In this document: in pieces, positions 38,232 to 52,046 of the stretch
Layout of the letters: each line of letters begins with the position of its first letter
Numbering within the stretch: position 1 is the stretch's first letter
Assembly: GCA_963727445.1 (NCBI GenBank)
Contig: CAVSGI010000027.1
Span: forward strand, 96,001-160,000
Length of the DNA: 64,000 nt
Direction of reading: 5' to 3'
Source: an uncultured delta proteobacterium
Lineage (GTDB): Bacteria; Myxococcota_A; Polyangia; Polyangiales; B10-G4
Program-made: the position numbers and the translations under genes
Notes under the pieces: generated by a model
What the model saw: the letters and a program-made list of their open reading frames with translations, nothing else
Told to the model about the DNA's origin: nothing
Databases searched by the model: none

Positions 38232-40715
38232 CTAGCCCGCCTCCTCCCGTACCACCTCTTCCGCCACGCGCGAAAGGGCCCGGCGCGCTTCGGCGTGAGC
38301 GTCCGCTTCGAGCATGGGATCCGCCTCGAGGATCTCCCGAGCGGCGTCGCGCGCCCTCCCGAGGAGCGCCAGATCGCGGCGCAGGTCGCCGAAGCGGAAG
38401 CCGGGCAGGCCGGACTGCTTGCGGCCGAAGAGCTCACCCGGACCGCGGATGGCGAGGTCCTCCTCGGCGATTTGAAACCCGTCCGAGGTCTCACACATGA
38501 CGCGCACGCGCGCCTTGGCTTCGTCGGTGGAGGCGTCGTGGACCAGCAGGCAGGCGCTCTTCTGGCCCCGCCGCCCCACCCGGCCTCGGAGCTGATGGAG
38601 CTGCGCGAGGCCGAAGCGCTCCGCGTGCTCGATCAGGATCGCGTTCGCTTCGGGGACGTCGACCCCCACCTCGACTACCGTGGTCGACACCAGGACTTGG
38701 GCCTCGCCCTTGGCGAAGCTCTCCATCGCCTCGCGCCGCTCCTCGCTGCCCATCCGCCCGTGCACCAGCGCCACCCGGGCTGCACCGAAGCGCTTCTTCA
38801 TCTCCTCGAAGGTGCTCTGGGCGTCCCGCAAATCCATCTCCTCCGACTCCTCGACCAGCGGGCAGATCACGTATGCCTTGCCACCCTTGTCGAGGGCGCG
38901 GGCGATCTGCCTCAGGGCCTGCTCGCGCTTCGGCAGGGGATAGGCGCGGGTCAGGGGCGGGACCCGGCCCGGGGGCAGCTCGTCGAGCACCGAGGCGTCG
39001 AGGTCGCCATAGAGCGCCAGGGCGAGGCTTCGCGGAATGGGCGTCGCCGTCATGACCAACAGATGCGGGCTGATCTCCGCGCCGTCGCTCTTCTGCACCA
39101 GGCGAAGGCGCTGGCCGACCCCGAATCGGTGCTGCTCGTCGACGATCACCAGGCGGAGGCGATGAAAGGCGACGCCTTCGGTGAGCAGCGCGTGGGTCCC
39201 GACCGCGACATCGATGGTCCCGGCCGCGAGCCCGGCGAGCACCTTGCGCTTGTGGGAGGCCCGCGCCCCGCCGACCACCAGCGCCATGCGGAGCCCGAGC
39301 GCACGGGCGACATCCGAGAAGCTCTCGAGGTGCTGCTCGGCGAGGATCTCGGTGGGCGCCATGAAGGCGACCTGTGCACCTGCCGCGACCGTGTGTGCCG
39401 CGGCCAGCATCGCCACCGCCGTCTTGCCCGCGCCCACGTCCCCCTGCAGCAGACGGCGCATGGGCTGGTCCGTGCCGAGGTCCTTTCGGATCTCGCCCAC
39501 GACCCGCTCCTGCGCGTTGGTGAGCGCGAAGGGCAGCGCCTTCTGAGCGCGGGCCATGGGCGCCTGGGGCGGGCTCAGGGCCTCGGCGTGTACGCGCTGC
39601 TCCTCGGCGCGCCGGCGATGAAGGGCGAGCTCGAGCAGGAAGAACTCCTCGAAGGCGAGGCGCGCGTGGGCGGCGGTCGTCCCGCGATCGAGGGCGGCGA
39701 GCTCCTCGTCGCTGAGGTCCGCAGCCGGGCGATGCAGCGCCAGGAGCGCTTCGCGCATGGTCATCAGCCCCTCGCGGGCGCGCACCGCTTCGGGGACGGC
39801 GTCCACCACCGAGGCGAGGCTGCGATCGATCGCAGCGTTCACCGCGCGCCGGAGCGCGACCGGGGGCACACCGCCGACCTCCGGATAGCGCGGCACCACA
39901 CCCCCGCCGCTCCCCTCGTCCCCGGCGTCGAGGCGGGCGAAGTCGGGGTGGGCCATCTGCAACTGCCCGCGGTATTCGTCGACGCGTCCAGCGACGCGAA
40001 AGCGCGCGCCTCGCGCGAAGCGCTTTTCGAGGTCGTAAGCCCGAAACCAGACGAGCCGCAAGAGGGCGTTGCGCCCCGCGGGGTGCTCCGGCAGCGGCTC
40101 GAGGGCCACCTCGAGGCGGCGCCTCTGGCGATAGCCGGTGCTCCGAACGCTCGCCACCACGCCCGCCGTGACCTGACGCTCGCCCACCTCGAGCGCACCG
40201 ATGGGGACGAGCGCGCGCTCGTCGTCGTAGCGCCGCGGCAGGGTGAAGAGGAGGTCGCCGACCGTGTAGACGCCGCGATCACGAAGCCGCTGCCCGGTGC
40301 TCTTACCGATACCGGGCAGGGTCTCGACCGGCGCCTCCGTCCCCTTCACCTCGCCGCGCTCGGCGCGCTCGATGTCCTCGTTCTGCCGGTGCGCCGCGCG
40401 GGCAGCGCGGCGCTCGCGCATCCGCTCCTTGCGCCGGTCCTCGCGCGACTTCGAAGTCTCGGGCGCGCCTTCGGCCGCGGCCTCCGCGTCGGTCAGGGCC
40501 AACAGATGCCGCTGGGCCTTCGCGAGGGCGACCGAGAGCGCGAGCTCCCCCTCGGCCCGCTCGAGCTCGTCAGCGACCGCCGCCAGGGCCTCGCCCCGCT
40601 CGGTGCTGCCGAGAGCGCGGAGCGCCGCGACCGCCTGCGCGCGCGCGGCGCCGTCGTCCTCGGCCGTGACGGCGGATAGAAGCGCCCGCGCGCCCTGCGC
40701 GCCCGGCGCGCTCAC
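38232..40715 (-). CDS. recG: ATP-dependent DNA helicase RecG
   Basis: RLAFEE, QGDVGAGKT, APTEILAEQH, DEQHRFG, MTATPIPR, LHQLRGRVGRG, DLAIRGPGE. Confidence 0.96.
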   Translation of the reverse strand: MSAPGAQGARALLSAVTAEDDGAARAQAVAALRALGSTERGEALAAVADELERAEGELALSVALAKAQRHLLALTDAEAAAEGAPETSKSREDRRKERMRERRAARAAHRQNEDIERAERGEVKGTEAPVETLPGIGKSTGQRLRDRGVYTVGDLLFTLPRRYDDERALVPIGALEVGERQVTAGVVASVRSTGYRQRRRLEVALEPLPEHPAGRNALLRLVWFRAYDLEKRFARGARFRVAGRVDEYRGQLQMAHPDFARLDAGDEGSGGGVVPRYPEVGGVPPVALRRAVNAAIDRSLASVVDAVPEAVRAREGLMTMREALLALHRPAADLSDEELAALDRGTTAAHARLAFEEFFLLELALHRRRAEEQRVHAEALSPPQAPMARAQKALPFALTNAQERVVGEIRKDLGTDQPMRRLLQGDVGAGKTAVAMLAAAHTVAAGAQVAFMAPTEILAEQHLESFSDVARALGLRMALVVGGARASHKRKVLAGLAAGTIDVAVGTHALLTEGVAFHRLRLVIVDEQHRFGVGQRLRLVQKSDGAEISPHLLVMTATPIPRSLALALYGDLDASVLDELPPGRVPPLTRAYPLPKREQALRQIARALDKGGKAYVICPLVEESEEMDLRDAQSTFEEMKKRFGAARVALVHGRMGSEERREAMESFAKGEAQVLVSTTVVEVGVDVPEANAILIEHAERFGLAQLHQLRGRVGRRGQKSACLLVHDASTDEAKARVRVMCETSDGFQIAEEDLAIRGPGELFGRKQSGLPGFRFGDLRRDLALLGRARDAAREILEADPMLEADAHAEARRALSRVAEEVVREEAG

Positions 40716-41183
40716 TTCCAGTCGATGGCCTGGATCTCGTAGGTGCGGACGCCGCCCGGCACCTTGACCCGCACTTCGTCACCGACCTCGCGGTTGATGA
40801 GCGCGCGCGCGACCGGCGAAGTCACGGAGATGGTGCCCTTGTCGATGTCCGCCTCTTCCGAGCCGACGATGCGGTACACCACCGCTGCGCCATCGTCGAT
40901 GTTCTCGAGGGTGACCCGCGCACCGAACTTCACGCGGTCGCCACCCAGCTGCGCCGGGTCGATGACCTCCGCGCGCGCGAGGGAGTCCTCGACCACGTCG
41001 ATGCGCGCCTGCACCATGCCCTGCTTTTCCTTCTGGGCGTGATACTCGGCGTTCTCTTTGGAGATCGCCCTCCTCCATGGCCTCACCGATGGCCTTGGAG
41101 ATCCCGGGCATCTGCGCCTTGAGCTCTGCCAGCTCCTTCTTGAGGGCTGCGTGGCCCTCTGGTGTCATCGGCACGCGTTCCAT
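40712..41183 (-). CDS. greA: Transcription elongation factor GreA (1-nt frameshift near 41060)
   Basis: PMTPEG..LKKEL, GDL|KENAEYHA, VKFGARV, ISVTSPVARAL. Confidence 0.9.
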
Positions 41184-41237
41184 GGGGTTTGCCTACCGCG
41201 CAGGCCCGCCAGGTTCAACCCCCGCCACCGTCTTCGC

Positions 41238-42169
41238 TCATCGAAGGGGCTCGTGGACCAATACTTCGTCGAAGTAGCGCAACAGCTCGATCGCCCCCGG
41301 ACCCTGGTTGAAGACGTAGCCGTGGGGGCCGGGGAAGAGTTCGAGGCGATGGCTGATCTGGGCGCCGCGGAAGCGGCGAGACAGCTCTTCGGTGGGCGCG
41401 CGGAAAGGGTCCTCATCGCTGGTGAGCAGCCGGATCGCTTGGGTGTCGCCCCCGTCGCGCGCGTGAGACGCAGCGCTCGAGAGCGGCCCCACGCGTCCCC
41501 GAATGGCGGGCTGGATGCCCCCCACCGCGGCGAAGGTCTCGGGATGCGCGAAACCCGTCTCGAGGGCCAGGAGCCCGCCGAGGGAGACGCCGTCGATCCC
41601 CGTCGAGTCGCGCCCGCGCGCCGCGAAAGGCATCTGCTGTCGAAGCGCGTTCAACAGTGGCCCCGCGAGCCAGTCACCGAAGGCCGTCACCCGCTCGCCG
41701 TTCGCTGGGTCCTCCATGAGGTCCGGGGTGTAGGGGGAGACCACCATCACGCCGCGGAAGGGACGCGCAGCCAGAGATGCGTTGACCATCTCGAGCTCGG
41801 GCTGGCGCACCATCAGCTTGTAGTCCGAAGGCGTGAGACGCCCGCGCGCCAGGGCACCGAAGGCCTCGGGCAGGTTGTACTGGAGGTACCAGGCGAGCGC
41901 GCCGCGGTTGGGCGGAAGCTGCGACTCACCACGACCGGCGAGCGCGATCACCACCGGGTAGCGCTCGTCGGGCGGGTGGCTCCGGCCATCGTCGCGGCGG
42001 GGATAGGTGATGACGACGCGCTGGCGCGTTCCGTCGTAGCCGTCGATCTCGAGAAAGCGCTGGTGCACCCACTGGGCGCGATCCTGAGCACCCGCCGGTG
42101 GTGGTGGCGAAAGGAGCGCGGCGCTGATGGCCACCAGCGCAGCCGCGCACGTCCCCCCGAGGGCCCACC

Positions 42170-42173
<4 letters not shown>
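41238..42173 (-). CDS. Secreted alpha/beta-fold esterase
   Basis: Signal peptide; [32 protein letters not shown] overlaps carB stop. Confidence 0.75.
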
Positions 42174-45511
<3,338 letters not shown>

Positions 45512-45573
45512 CGTGGAACCCGGCTGGCGGGATATCAGCGACGCCCCCCCCTCGCAACCTGCCAGGGACGGTA

Positions 45574-46026
45574 TTAGAGGCCGGAAAGGCGGGGGTCATC
45601 GGATTCGATACGGACCTCGCGCGCCGTCTCCCCGACGATCTTCATGCGGAGAAGGACCGTGGGCTGACCCAGCTCCGTGAGGAAGCGCTCGCCCCACTCC
45701 ACCAGGGCCAGCGATCCCCCCTCGATCAGCTCCGCGAGACCGATCTCGACGAGCTCCTCGGGGTCCGAGAGCCGGTACAGATCGGCGTGCACGATGGGCA
45801 GCCGCCCCTCGTATTCGTGGACAAGTCCGAAGGTGGGGCTGGTGATCGCCACCTCCGCGGCGACGCCGAGCGCGCGACAGAGCGCGCGCGCCAAGAATGT
45901 CTTGCCCGCGCCCAGCTCGCCCTCGAGGAGCACCAGATCGCCGCCGGCGAGATGCGCCGAGAGCCGCGCCGCGAAGGCCTTCGTGGCCTCCTCGTCGGGC
46001 AGCGTGAGCGTCCGTACCCCGTCCAC
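45574..46026 (-). CDS. tsaE: tRNA t6A biosynthesis ATPase TsaE
   Basis: [23 protein letters not shown]. Confidence 0.93.
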   Translation of the reverse strand: MDGVRTLTLPDEEATKAFAARLSAHLAGGDLVLLEGELGAGKTFLARALCRALGVAAEVAITSPTFGLVHEYEGRLPIVHADLYRLSDPEELVEIGLAELIEGGSLALVEWGERFLTELGQPTVLLRMKIVGETAREVRIESDDPRLSGL

Positions 46027-46051
46027 GGCGAGAAGCTATCATTCGGCGCCC

Positions 46052-47884
46052 ATGCGCGCCCTCGTTCCCAGCTTGCTCGTCGCCGTCCTCGCCATCGCCA
46101 GCGCGGCGCACGCCCAGGAGGCGCCCGACGCCGGACAGCGCTACGTCCTCGAAGGGCGCCTCGATCCGGAGGCGCACACGGTGGACGGCGTCGCCCACAT
46201 CCACTGGCGAAACGACAGCGAGGTGCCGGCCGAGGAAATCTACCTCCACCTCTACCTCAACGCTTTCGAATCCGAGGACACGGTCTTCATGCGGGGCTCG
46301 GGCGGGGAGAGCCGCGGCAACGAGTCCTCGGGCGAAGGAAGCATCGTGATCCGCTCCCTCCGCGACGGAGAGGGACACGACCTGTTGGCGGGCGCCGACG
46401 ACGCGCTCATCCCCGACGACCACACCCAGATGCGTGTGCCGCTCTCCGCGCCCGTTCCCCCCGGCGGCACCCTCGACCTCGAGGCGCACTTCCTCTCCAC
46501 CCTGCCCCCGGTCTTCGCGCGCGCCGGCTACCACGGCTCCTTTCACACGGTGGCGCAGTGGTTTCCGAAGATCGCGCGCCGCGAGGCGGACGGCACCTGG
46601 CGCTCCTTCCCCTACTACGCGCACAGCGAGTTCTACGCGGACTTCGCGCACTACGAGCTCGAGGTCGACGTGCCCGAGGACTTCGTGGTCGGCGCCACGG
46701 GCGAGCTCGTCGAAGAGCGCGTGGAGGATGGCCGCCGCATCCAGCGCTACGAGGCCTATCCCGTCCACGACGCCGCCTTCGTGGCGTGGGATCATTTCCA
46801 ACAGGAGAGCTTCGAGGCCTCGGGCGTGCGCGTGCGCATGCTCTATCCGCCGGGCTACGACTGGACCGTGCCGCTGCACATCCGGACGACGCGCGCCGGG
46901 CTCGCGCACTACGGCCGGCTCGTCGGCGAATACCCCTACGGGTACCTCACGGTGGTGGTGCCTCCGCGCGGCGCCGACGGCGCAGCGGGGATGGAGTACC
47001 CGACGCTCTTTCTGACGGCAGGAGGGCCCTACCCGCTCTCGGCCCTGCCGGTCACCGCGCAACAGGCCACCACGGCGCACGAGCTGGGGCATCAGTGGTT
47101 TCAGGGCATGGTCGCCTCCGACGAGGCGCGCTTTCCCTTCCTCGACGAAGGGCTGACCCAGTGGCTCACGGGCGAGCTCCTCCGGAAGATGGACGGACAG
47201 CGTCACTCCGGCGTCGCCTGGCCAGTCCCCATCGACTTCTTTCAGATCATGCGCGTGGCGAGCTACGCACGCGCCGAGGAGGACCGCCCGCCGGCGTCCC
47301 CCGCCTCGGCGTTTCACGGCGCGGAGTACGGCCGCAGCGTCTACGCCCGCACCAGCACCATCCTCGAGACCGTGCGGCGCACCTGGGGCCGCCGTCGCTT
47401 CGCCCGCGCCCTCGGCGACTACGCGCGCACGAACCGCTTCCGCCACCCGACACCCGAGGCGCTCTACGAGACCTTCGACAGTCACTACTTTCGCGGGTTT
47501 TCGGACCAGGTGCTCAGGCCCGCGCTCGAAGAGGGGCAGAGCGCCGCGCTCACGCTGAAGAGCTTCGAGTCGCGCGAGCGCGAGGGGCGCTATCGCACCG
47601 ACCTCCTCGTCCTGCGCCGGGGCGCGGTGCGCGTCCCGAGCTGGGTGGAGCTCCGCTACACCGGCGGTGAGCGCGAGCGGCTGCCGCTGCGCGCGAACGA
47701 GGACACCTTCCTGCTCCGCCACGAGAGCGACGAGGAGGTGATCGCCGCCGAGGTCAATCCCGACGGCCACGACCTCCTCGACCCCACCTTCGCCGACCGC
47801 TTCCGCGGCGAGGGCCGAGAGCGCTCCGTCTTCGCCTTCGTCTTTCACCTCGCGGAGCTCTTCGCCTCCTGGGTGACGCCATGA
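46052..47884 (+). CDS. Secreted M1-family metallopeptidase
   Basis: Signal peptide; YLHLYLNAF, QWFPK, GMEYP, HELGH-x18-E (DEGL). Confidence 0.9.
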   Translation: MRALVPSLLVAVLAIASAAHAQEAPDAGQRYVLEGRLDPEAHTVDGVAHIHWRNDSEVPAEEIYLHLYLNAFESEDTVFMRGSGGESRGNESSGEGSIVIRSLRDGEGHDLLAGADDALIPDDHTQMRVPLSAPVPPGGTLDLEAHFLSTLPPVFARAGYHGSFHTVAQWFPKIARREADGTWRSFPYYAHSEFYADFAHYELEVDVPEDFVVGATGELVEERVEDGRRIQRYEAYPVHDAAFVAWDHFQQESFEASGVRVRMLYPPGYDWTVPLHIRTTRAGLAHYGRLVGEYPYGYLTVVVPPRGADGAAGMEYPTLFLTAGGPYPLSALPVTAQQATTAHELGHQWFQGMVASDEARFPFLDEGLTQWLTGELLRKMDGQRHSGVAWPVPIDFFQIMRVASYARAEEDRPPASPASAFHGAEYGRSVYARTSTILETVRRTWGRRRFARALGDYARTNRFRHPTPEALYETFDSHYFRGFSDQVLRPALEEGQSAALTLKSFESREREGRYRTDLLVLRRGAVRVPSWVELRYTGGERERLPLRANEDTFLLRHESDEEVIAAEVNPDGHDLLDPTFADRFRGEGRERSVFAFVFHLAELFASWVTP

Positions 47885-48639
47885 AGCGCGACGACTTCGC
47901 GCGCCTGTCGTCGACCTACGCGATGATCCTCCTCGCGTGGATCGTGCTCGCCGCCGCCGCGACCGGCCCCGCCCTCATCGCGGCCTCGGCGCTCGGGGGC
48001 CGCGGCCCCAATCCGATGGGCGCCCTCGCCTTCGAGTCGCTCCTCGAGGGGCGCCGTGTGATCGGCGCGTCGTGGATTGCCTTCGCCTCGCCTCTGCTCC
48101 TGCTCCTCCTCGCCTCACCCTGGCTCTCCGTCTCCTGGCTGAGCGCCCTCGGCCGCCGCGAGCCCCTCCGCGAGTCTCTTTCTCTCGGCGCCCGGCGCTA
48201 CGGGTCCGCCGTGGTCTCGAGCCTCTTGCTCGTGCCGCTGCTCCTCGTCTCACTCGGCCTGCTCGCGGCGGGGCCCCTGTTGGCCAGCGCCGTCGTCGGT
48301 GACGTCGATGCCCGCGCCTCGGACCTGTGGTCGCTCGTCGCGTGCCTGCCCGGCCTGATGGCCCTCGCGGCCTGGGCGGCGTGCCACGACCTCGCCCGCG
48401 CGCGCCTCGCCATCACCCGCGAAAGCGCTGCTCTGGCCGTCCTCGGGGCCATCCGGCAGCTGCGTCCACGCGCGGTCCTCCGCTACGCGCTCTTCTTCAC
48501 GCTCGCCCTGACCCTGGCCGGTCTCGGGGTGATGGCCACCGGCGCGCTGTCGAGCGCCCTCGCCCTCGTGACGGGGCAGCTCTTCGTCCTGGCCCGCCTC
48601 GGTGTGCGGGGGCTCTACCTCGCGGGTCTGGTGCGCTAG
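47881..48639 (+). CDS. Multi-pass membrane protein coupled to M1 peptidase
   Basis: About 6 hydrophobic segments; ATGA overlap. Confidence 0.65.
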   Translation: MKRDDFARLSSTYAMILLAWIVLAAAATGPALIAASALGGRGPNPMGALAFESLLEGRRVIGASWIAFASPLLLLLLASPWLSVSWLSALGRREPLRESLSLGARRYGSAVVSSLLLVPLLLVSLGLLAAGPLLASAVVGDVDARASDLWSLVACLPGLMALAAWAACHDLARARLAITRESAALAVLGAIRQLRPRAVLRYALFFTLALTLAGLGVMATGALSSALALVTGQLFVLARLGVRGLYLAGLVR

Positions 48640-48646
48640 TGCCTGG

Positions 48647-50413
48647 CTAGCGCATCAAGCCCTGGTCGAAGGCGTCGAGGCCGACCAACCCGTTGCTCAT
48701 TCGGGGCGACGCGCTCATGTGCGGCGTCGGGTCGGGATTCGACGGAGGCGCGTGCATCTCGGAAGCCGTGGTCGTCGTGGTCGCCGCTGCCGTGGTCATG
48801 GCTGCGGAGCCTCGCCGCCGGCCACGGACGCGCCGCCGGCGCGCGTCGGCCGCTGCGCGCGCTTCTTCTTCCTGCGCACGCGCAGCTTCGGCGGCGGCCG
48901 CCGCCTCCGCCCCTTCCGCCTCCGCGTTGTCCTCGGGCCCGGCCGCCGCTTCGTCCTCGCCGTCACTCGGGCCGACCTCGGTCGTCCCGACCGGTTCGGC
49001 CTCGGTGGTCTCAGGCGGCGTCGTGATCTCCAGAGCGGGCGCAGTCGCTGCAGTCGTCTCGGTGTCCGCGTCGTCATCGGAGCTGCCCACCGCGAAGACG
49101 CCGACGCCCAAGCCGACGAGCACGATCACCGCGGCGACCGCGAGCTTGGGCCCGTTGCCTGACTTCTGCGTCGTCAGGGGAACCGGGACGGCGAAAGGAT
49201 TGTCCGCCTCGTCGAGGCGCACCTGTGTGATGACCTCGCCGGGGGCGGCCGCGGCCGACGGCGCCGAAGCGTCCATGTCGATGCGGGGATCGGCGCCCGC
49301 GTTCGACTCGGGCTCGGTGTCGTGGCTGTCGCTGCCGACGGTCTGCACCGCGCTCTGCACGCCGCTCGGCGTGAGACCGAGCTCCACGTGCTGCTCGAGC
49401 TGCCCCTCGACGCCGCCCGCGGGTCGCGAGGTGAGCGCGAGCTTGATGTTCTCGCGGATCTTGCCCAGGGCATCGCCACCGGACCTGCGCACGAAGTCGG
49501 TGACCTCGTCCTTGTCGTTGTGGATCCCAGCGGCCATCGCCGCGCGCCTCAGACGCTGCTCGAACTCGCGAGCGGTCGGGCAGCGCAAGTCGCGATTGCG
49601 CTCGAGGGCGGAGGCCACCACATCGGCCACCTCCTGGGGCACGTCCGGACGCACCTCGGTGACGCTCAGGATCGGCATGTTCCGCACCCGGTCCATGGTC
49701 TCGGCGGGATGCTCGCCCACGAAGAGCCGCTGACCGGTGAAGAACTCCCAGGCGACCACGCCGAGGCTGAAGAGGTCGGCCCGGCGGTCGATCTCCTGCG
49801 CCGTGAGCTGCTCCGGCGCCATGTAGGCGAACTTGCCCTTGACCCGACCGGCCACCGTCTCGGTCATGCGTTGGACAGCGCGCGCCACGCCGAAGTCGGT
49901 GAGGCGGACCCGGCCGTCGACGCCCACCAGGACGTTCTGGGGGGAGACGTCGCGGTGGACGATGTGCAGGGGCTCGCCCAGGGGTGTCGCCGCCTCGTGG
50001 GCGTCGTGCAAACCGTGGGCGGCCTGGCAGAGCAGGTCGATGGCCACGTGCACCGGGATGGGGCGCCGGTTCTTCACGCTCCACTTCAGCAGGCGCGCGA
50101 GGGTCACGCCCACCACCAGCTCCATCACGATGTAGAGCGAGCCATCGTCGGCGCGACCGAGATCGATGGTGGACACGCAGTTCGGGCTCGAGATGTTCGC
50201 GGCGACCCGAGCCTCATCCAAGAACATGTTGGTGAACTCGTCGTCGTCGGCGAGCTGCGGAAGCATGCGCTTGACGGCGACGAGCTTCTGGAAGCCGGCC
50301 TCGCCACGTACGCGCGCGGCGTAAACTTCCGCCATCCCCCCAGACGCGATGCGAAATAGAAGCTCGTAACGGCCCACCGAACGTGGCTGGGAGTCCCTCT
50401 TTGCAGGGTCCAC
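48647..50413 (-). CDS. Membrane Ser/Thr protein kinase
   Basis: GGMAEVY, VAVKR, HRDVSPQN, DFGVAR, YMAPE; TM VAAVIVLVGLGVGVFAV. Confidence 0.93.
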   Translation of the reverse strand: MDPAKRDSQPRSVGRYELLFRIASGGMAEVYAARVRGEAGFQKLVAVKRMLPQLADDDEFTNMFLDEARVAANISSPNCVSTIDLGRADDGSLYIVMELVVGVTLARLLKWSVKNRRPIPVHVAIDLLCQAAHGLHDAHEAATPLGEPLHIVHRDVSPQNVLVGVDGRVRLTDFGVARAVQRMTETVAGRVKGKFAYMAPEQLTAQEIDRRADLFSLGVVAWEFFTGQRLFVGEHPAETMDRVRNMPILSVTEVRPDVPQEVADVVASALERNRDLRCPTAREFEQRLRRAAMAAGIHNDKDEVTDFVRRSGGDALGKIRENIKLALTSRPAGGVEGQLEQHVELGLTPSGVQSAVQTVGSDSHDTEPESNAGADPRIDMDASAPSAAAAPGEVITQVRLDEADNPFAVPVPLTTQKSGNGPKLAVAAVIVLVGLGVGVFAVGSSDDDADTETTAATAPALEITTPPETTEAEPVGTTEVGPSDGEDEAAAGPEDNAEAEGAEAAAAAEAARAQEEEARAAADARRRRVRGRRRGSAAMTTAAATTTTTASEMHAPPSNPDPTPHMSASPRMSNGLVGLDAFDQGLMR

Positions 50414-50496
50414 GAGCGTTAGACTAACAGGTCGGCCCGTCCTTGGTCAGGTATGGCGACCAGGGTGTCGCACCCCGGCGCACATGTAAGGGACCG

Positions 50497-51021
50497 TCAC
50501 TCGCAAAGGTGACGGCCGTCGGTACGGCAGTAGGAGCTCGAATCCCCATCGACGCAGCCCCGAATGGCGCACATCCCCACTATCGTGGGCGAGGAGTCTC
50601 GCATCGTGGGGATCTCCGTGATGTCGGCCGTCCAGAAGGTGCGGGCGCCGATGTAGAAGGGATGCTCGAGCTGGAACCATCGCTCCGGAGCCATGTCGTC
50701 GGCGATGTCGGTGCAGTTCGGGTTGGCGCAGAAGCGGACCTTGATGTTCAGGTCGGTGGTGTCGTCGGTGGAAAGGACGCTGATGTGGTCCTGGATGTCC
50801 GTCATCGGGTCGAGCTCGACCGCGGGCAGGTCGTCCCCGCGCCACTCGTCGGCGAAGGGATTCTCGGCGGCAGCCCGGGGCTGCGTCAGGACGTAGACGG
50901 TGCTGCCATCGGAGGGCCCCTGCGGGAGGTTCAGGGTGATCTCGAGGGATGCGTTCTGCGCGCAGCCGGCGCCCCCGAGGACGAGGAGCAGGAGCGAGAG
51001 GTGGAGTGGATACCTCCTCAT
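50497..51021 (-). CDS. Hypothetical lipoprotein
   Basis: MRRYPLHLSLLLLVLGGAGC lipobox; Cys-containing C-terminus; start overlaps upstream stop. Confidence 0.7.
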   Translation of the reverse strand: MRRYPLHLSLLLLVLGGAGCAQNASLEITLNLPQGPSDGSTVYVLTQPRAAAENPFADEWRGDDLPAVELDPMTDIQDHISVLSTDDTTDLNIKVRFCANPNCTDIADDMAPERWFQLEHPFYIGARTFWTADITEIPTMRDSSPTIVGMCAIRGCVDGDSSSYCRTDGRHLCE

Positions 51022-51815
51022 AGCGAGTACGCCCGGTCGGGATAGTCCGGTTGGAGCTGCGCGCCCTCGTAGATGAGATAGGCCGCGACACCGCCACCGA
51101 TCAGCAGGGCGGCGCTGATGAGGACCCAGCCCCACCAGGGAAAGCCTCCCCCCTCGTCCACCGTGCCCGTACCCGTGCCCGTGCCCGTGCCCGCGCCCGT
51201 GCCCGACCCACTTCCCGACCCGGCACCCGTTCCGCCACCGACCGACACGGGCTGCATGTCCACGTCGACGTCGCGCTGATCGCCGTCTTCGAGCTCGCCA
51301 TCCCAGACGAAGGGCGAAAAGCCGGGGGCGCGCACGGTCAGGGTGTGCGCGCCAGGGTCTCCTTCGATGAGCAGGGGTCGCTCGCCGTCGTCGGCCACCG
51401 GTTGACCGTCGAAGCGGATCACGTAGCGACTCCCCGGCTCGAGGCCCTCGAGGGTGAGGCGTACCACTCTGCCCGCGGACTCGTTTCGGTAGCGTCTCGC
51501 CTCCTGGCGCTTTTCCCGATCGAAGCGGGGATGATCTTCGAGGAGGCGGTTGAAGGCGTCGCGCGCCTCGCGGTGTCGGCCGAGGGCCCGGAGAGCGAAG
51601 CCCAGGTTGTAGAGCGCCGCGGCCACCCCCGAGAGCTCATACGCTCTCGAGAAGCTGTCGACCGCGTCCGACCAGCGACCCGACTCGACCGCAGCTTGCC
51701 CCGCCATGAAGAGGGCGCGCGCCTCGGCGATCTCGGCGTCGGTGGCCTCCTGAGCCGACGCCAGGCTCGGGAGAAGCAAGAGGCAGAAAGCTACGGCGAA
51801 GGCTCGCCAGAACAT
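51018..51815 (-). CDS. Secreted TPR + PEGA-like protein with C-terminal TM
   Basis: Signal peptide; ARALFMAGQAA...ALYNLG...EARDAF TPR; DG..V...PGAHTLTVRAPG PEGA; GT repeats; TM. Confidence 0.8.
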   Translation of the reverse strand: MFWRAFAVAFCLLLLPSLASAQEATDAEIAEARALFMAGQAAVESGRWSDAVDSFSRAYELSGVAAALYNLGFALRALGRHREARDAFNRLLEDHPRFDREKRQEARRYRNESAGRVVRLTLEGLEPGSRYVIRFDGQPVADDGERPLLIEGDPGAHTLTVRAPGFSPFVWDGELEDGDQRDVDVDMQPVSVGGGTGAGSGSGSGTGAGTGTGTGTGTVDEGGGFPWWGWVLISAALLIGGGVAAYLIYEGAQLQPDYPDRAYSL

Positions 51816-51906
51816 ACGCACGGGCCGAAGTCTACCAGCCCCGACCGGGCCAGAGGTAGCCCGAAGGGCGCAGCCCTTGACGGGGCCCGCGGCCGTGCAC
51901 ATCCAT

Positions 51907-52046
51907 GGGCCCGCGTCGGCATCCATGAAGCAGTAGCGGACCGGGCACGTGAGTCTCTTCCAAAGAGATCAGGACTGCGAATCCCCCTCCCTCCGTACTG
52001 CGCGTCGCTTCATACGTAGACGCTCGACGCACCCTTTTCCGGGCCC
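51907..52046 (+). ncRNA. Putative tRNA-like structured RNA in leader of SPFH gene
   Basis: Nested stems (GCGTCG/CGACGC, ATGAAGC/GCTTCAT, GCAGTA/TACTGC, CGGA/TCCG) enclosing GTCTC-TTCCAAA-GAGAT and a TGCGAATCCC T-loop-like motif. Confidence 0.5.

Noticed and set aside
51930..52001. Functional tRNA-Trp gene
   Set aside because: T-stem poorly paired, TGCGAAT instead of TTCGAAT, no recognisable D-arm and no 3' CCA; kept only as a tRNA-like element
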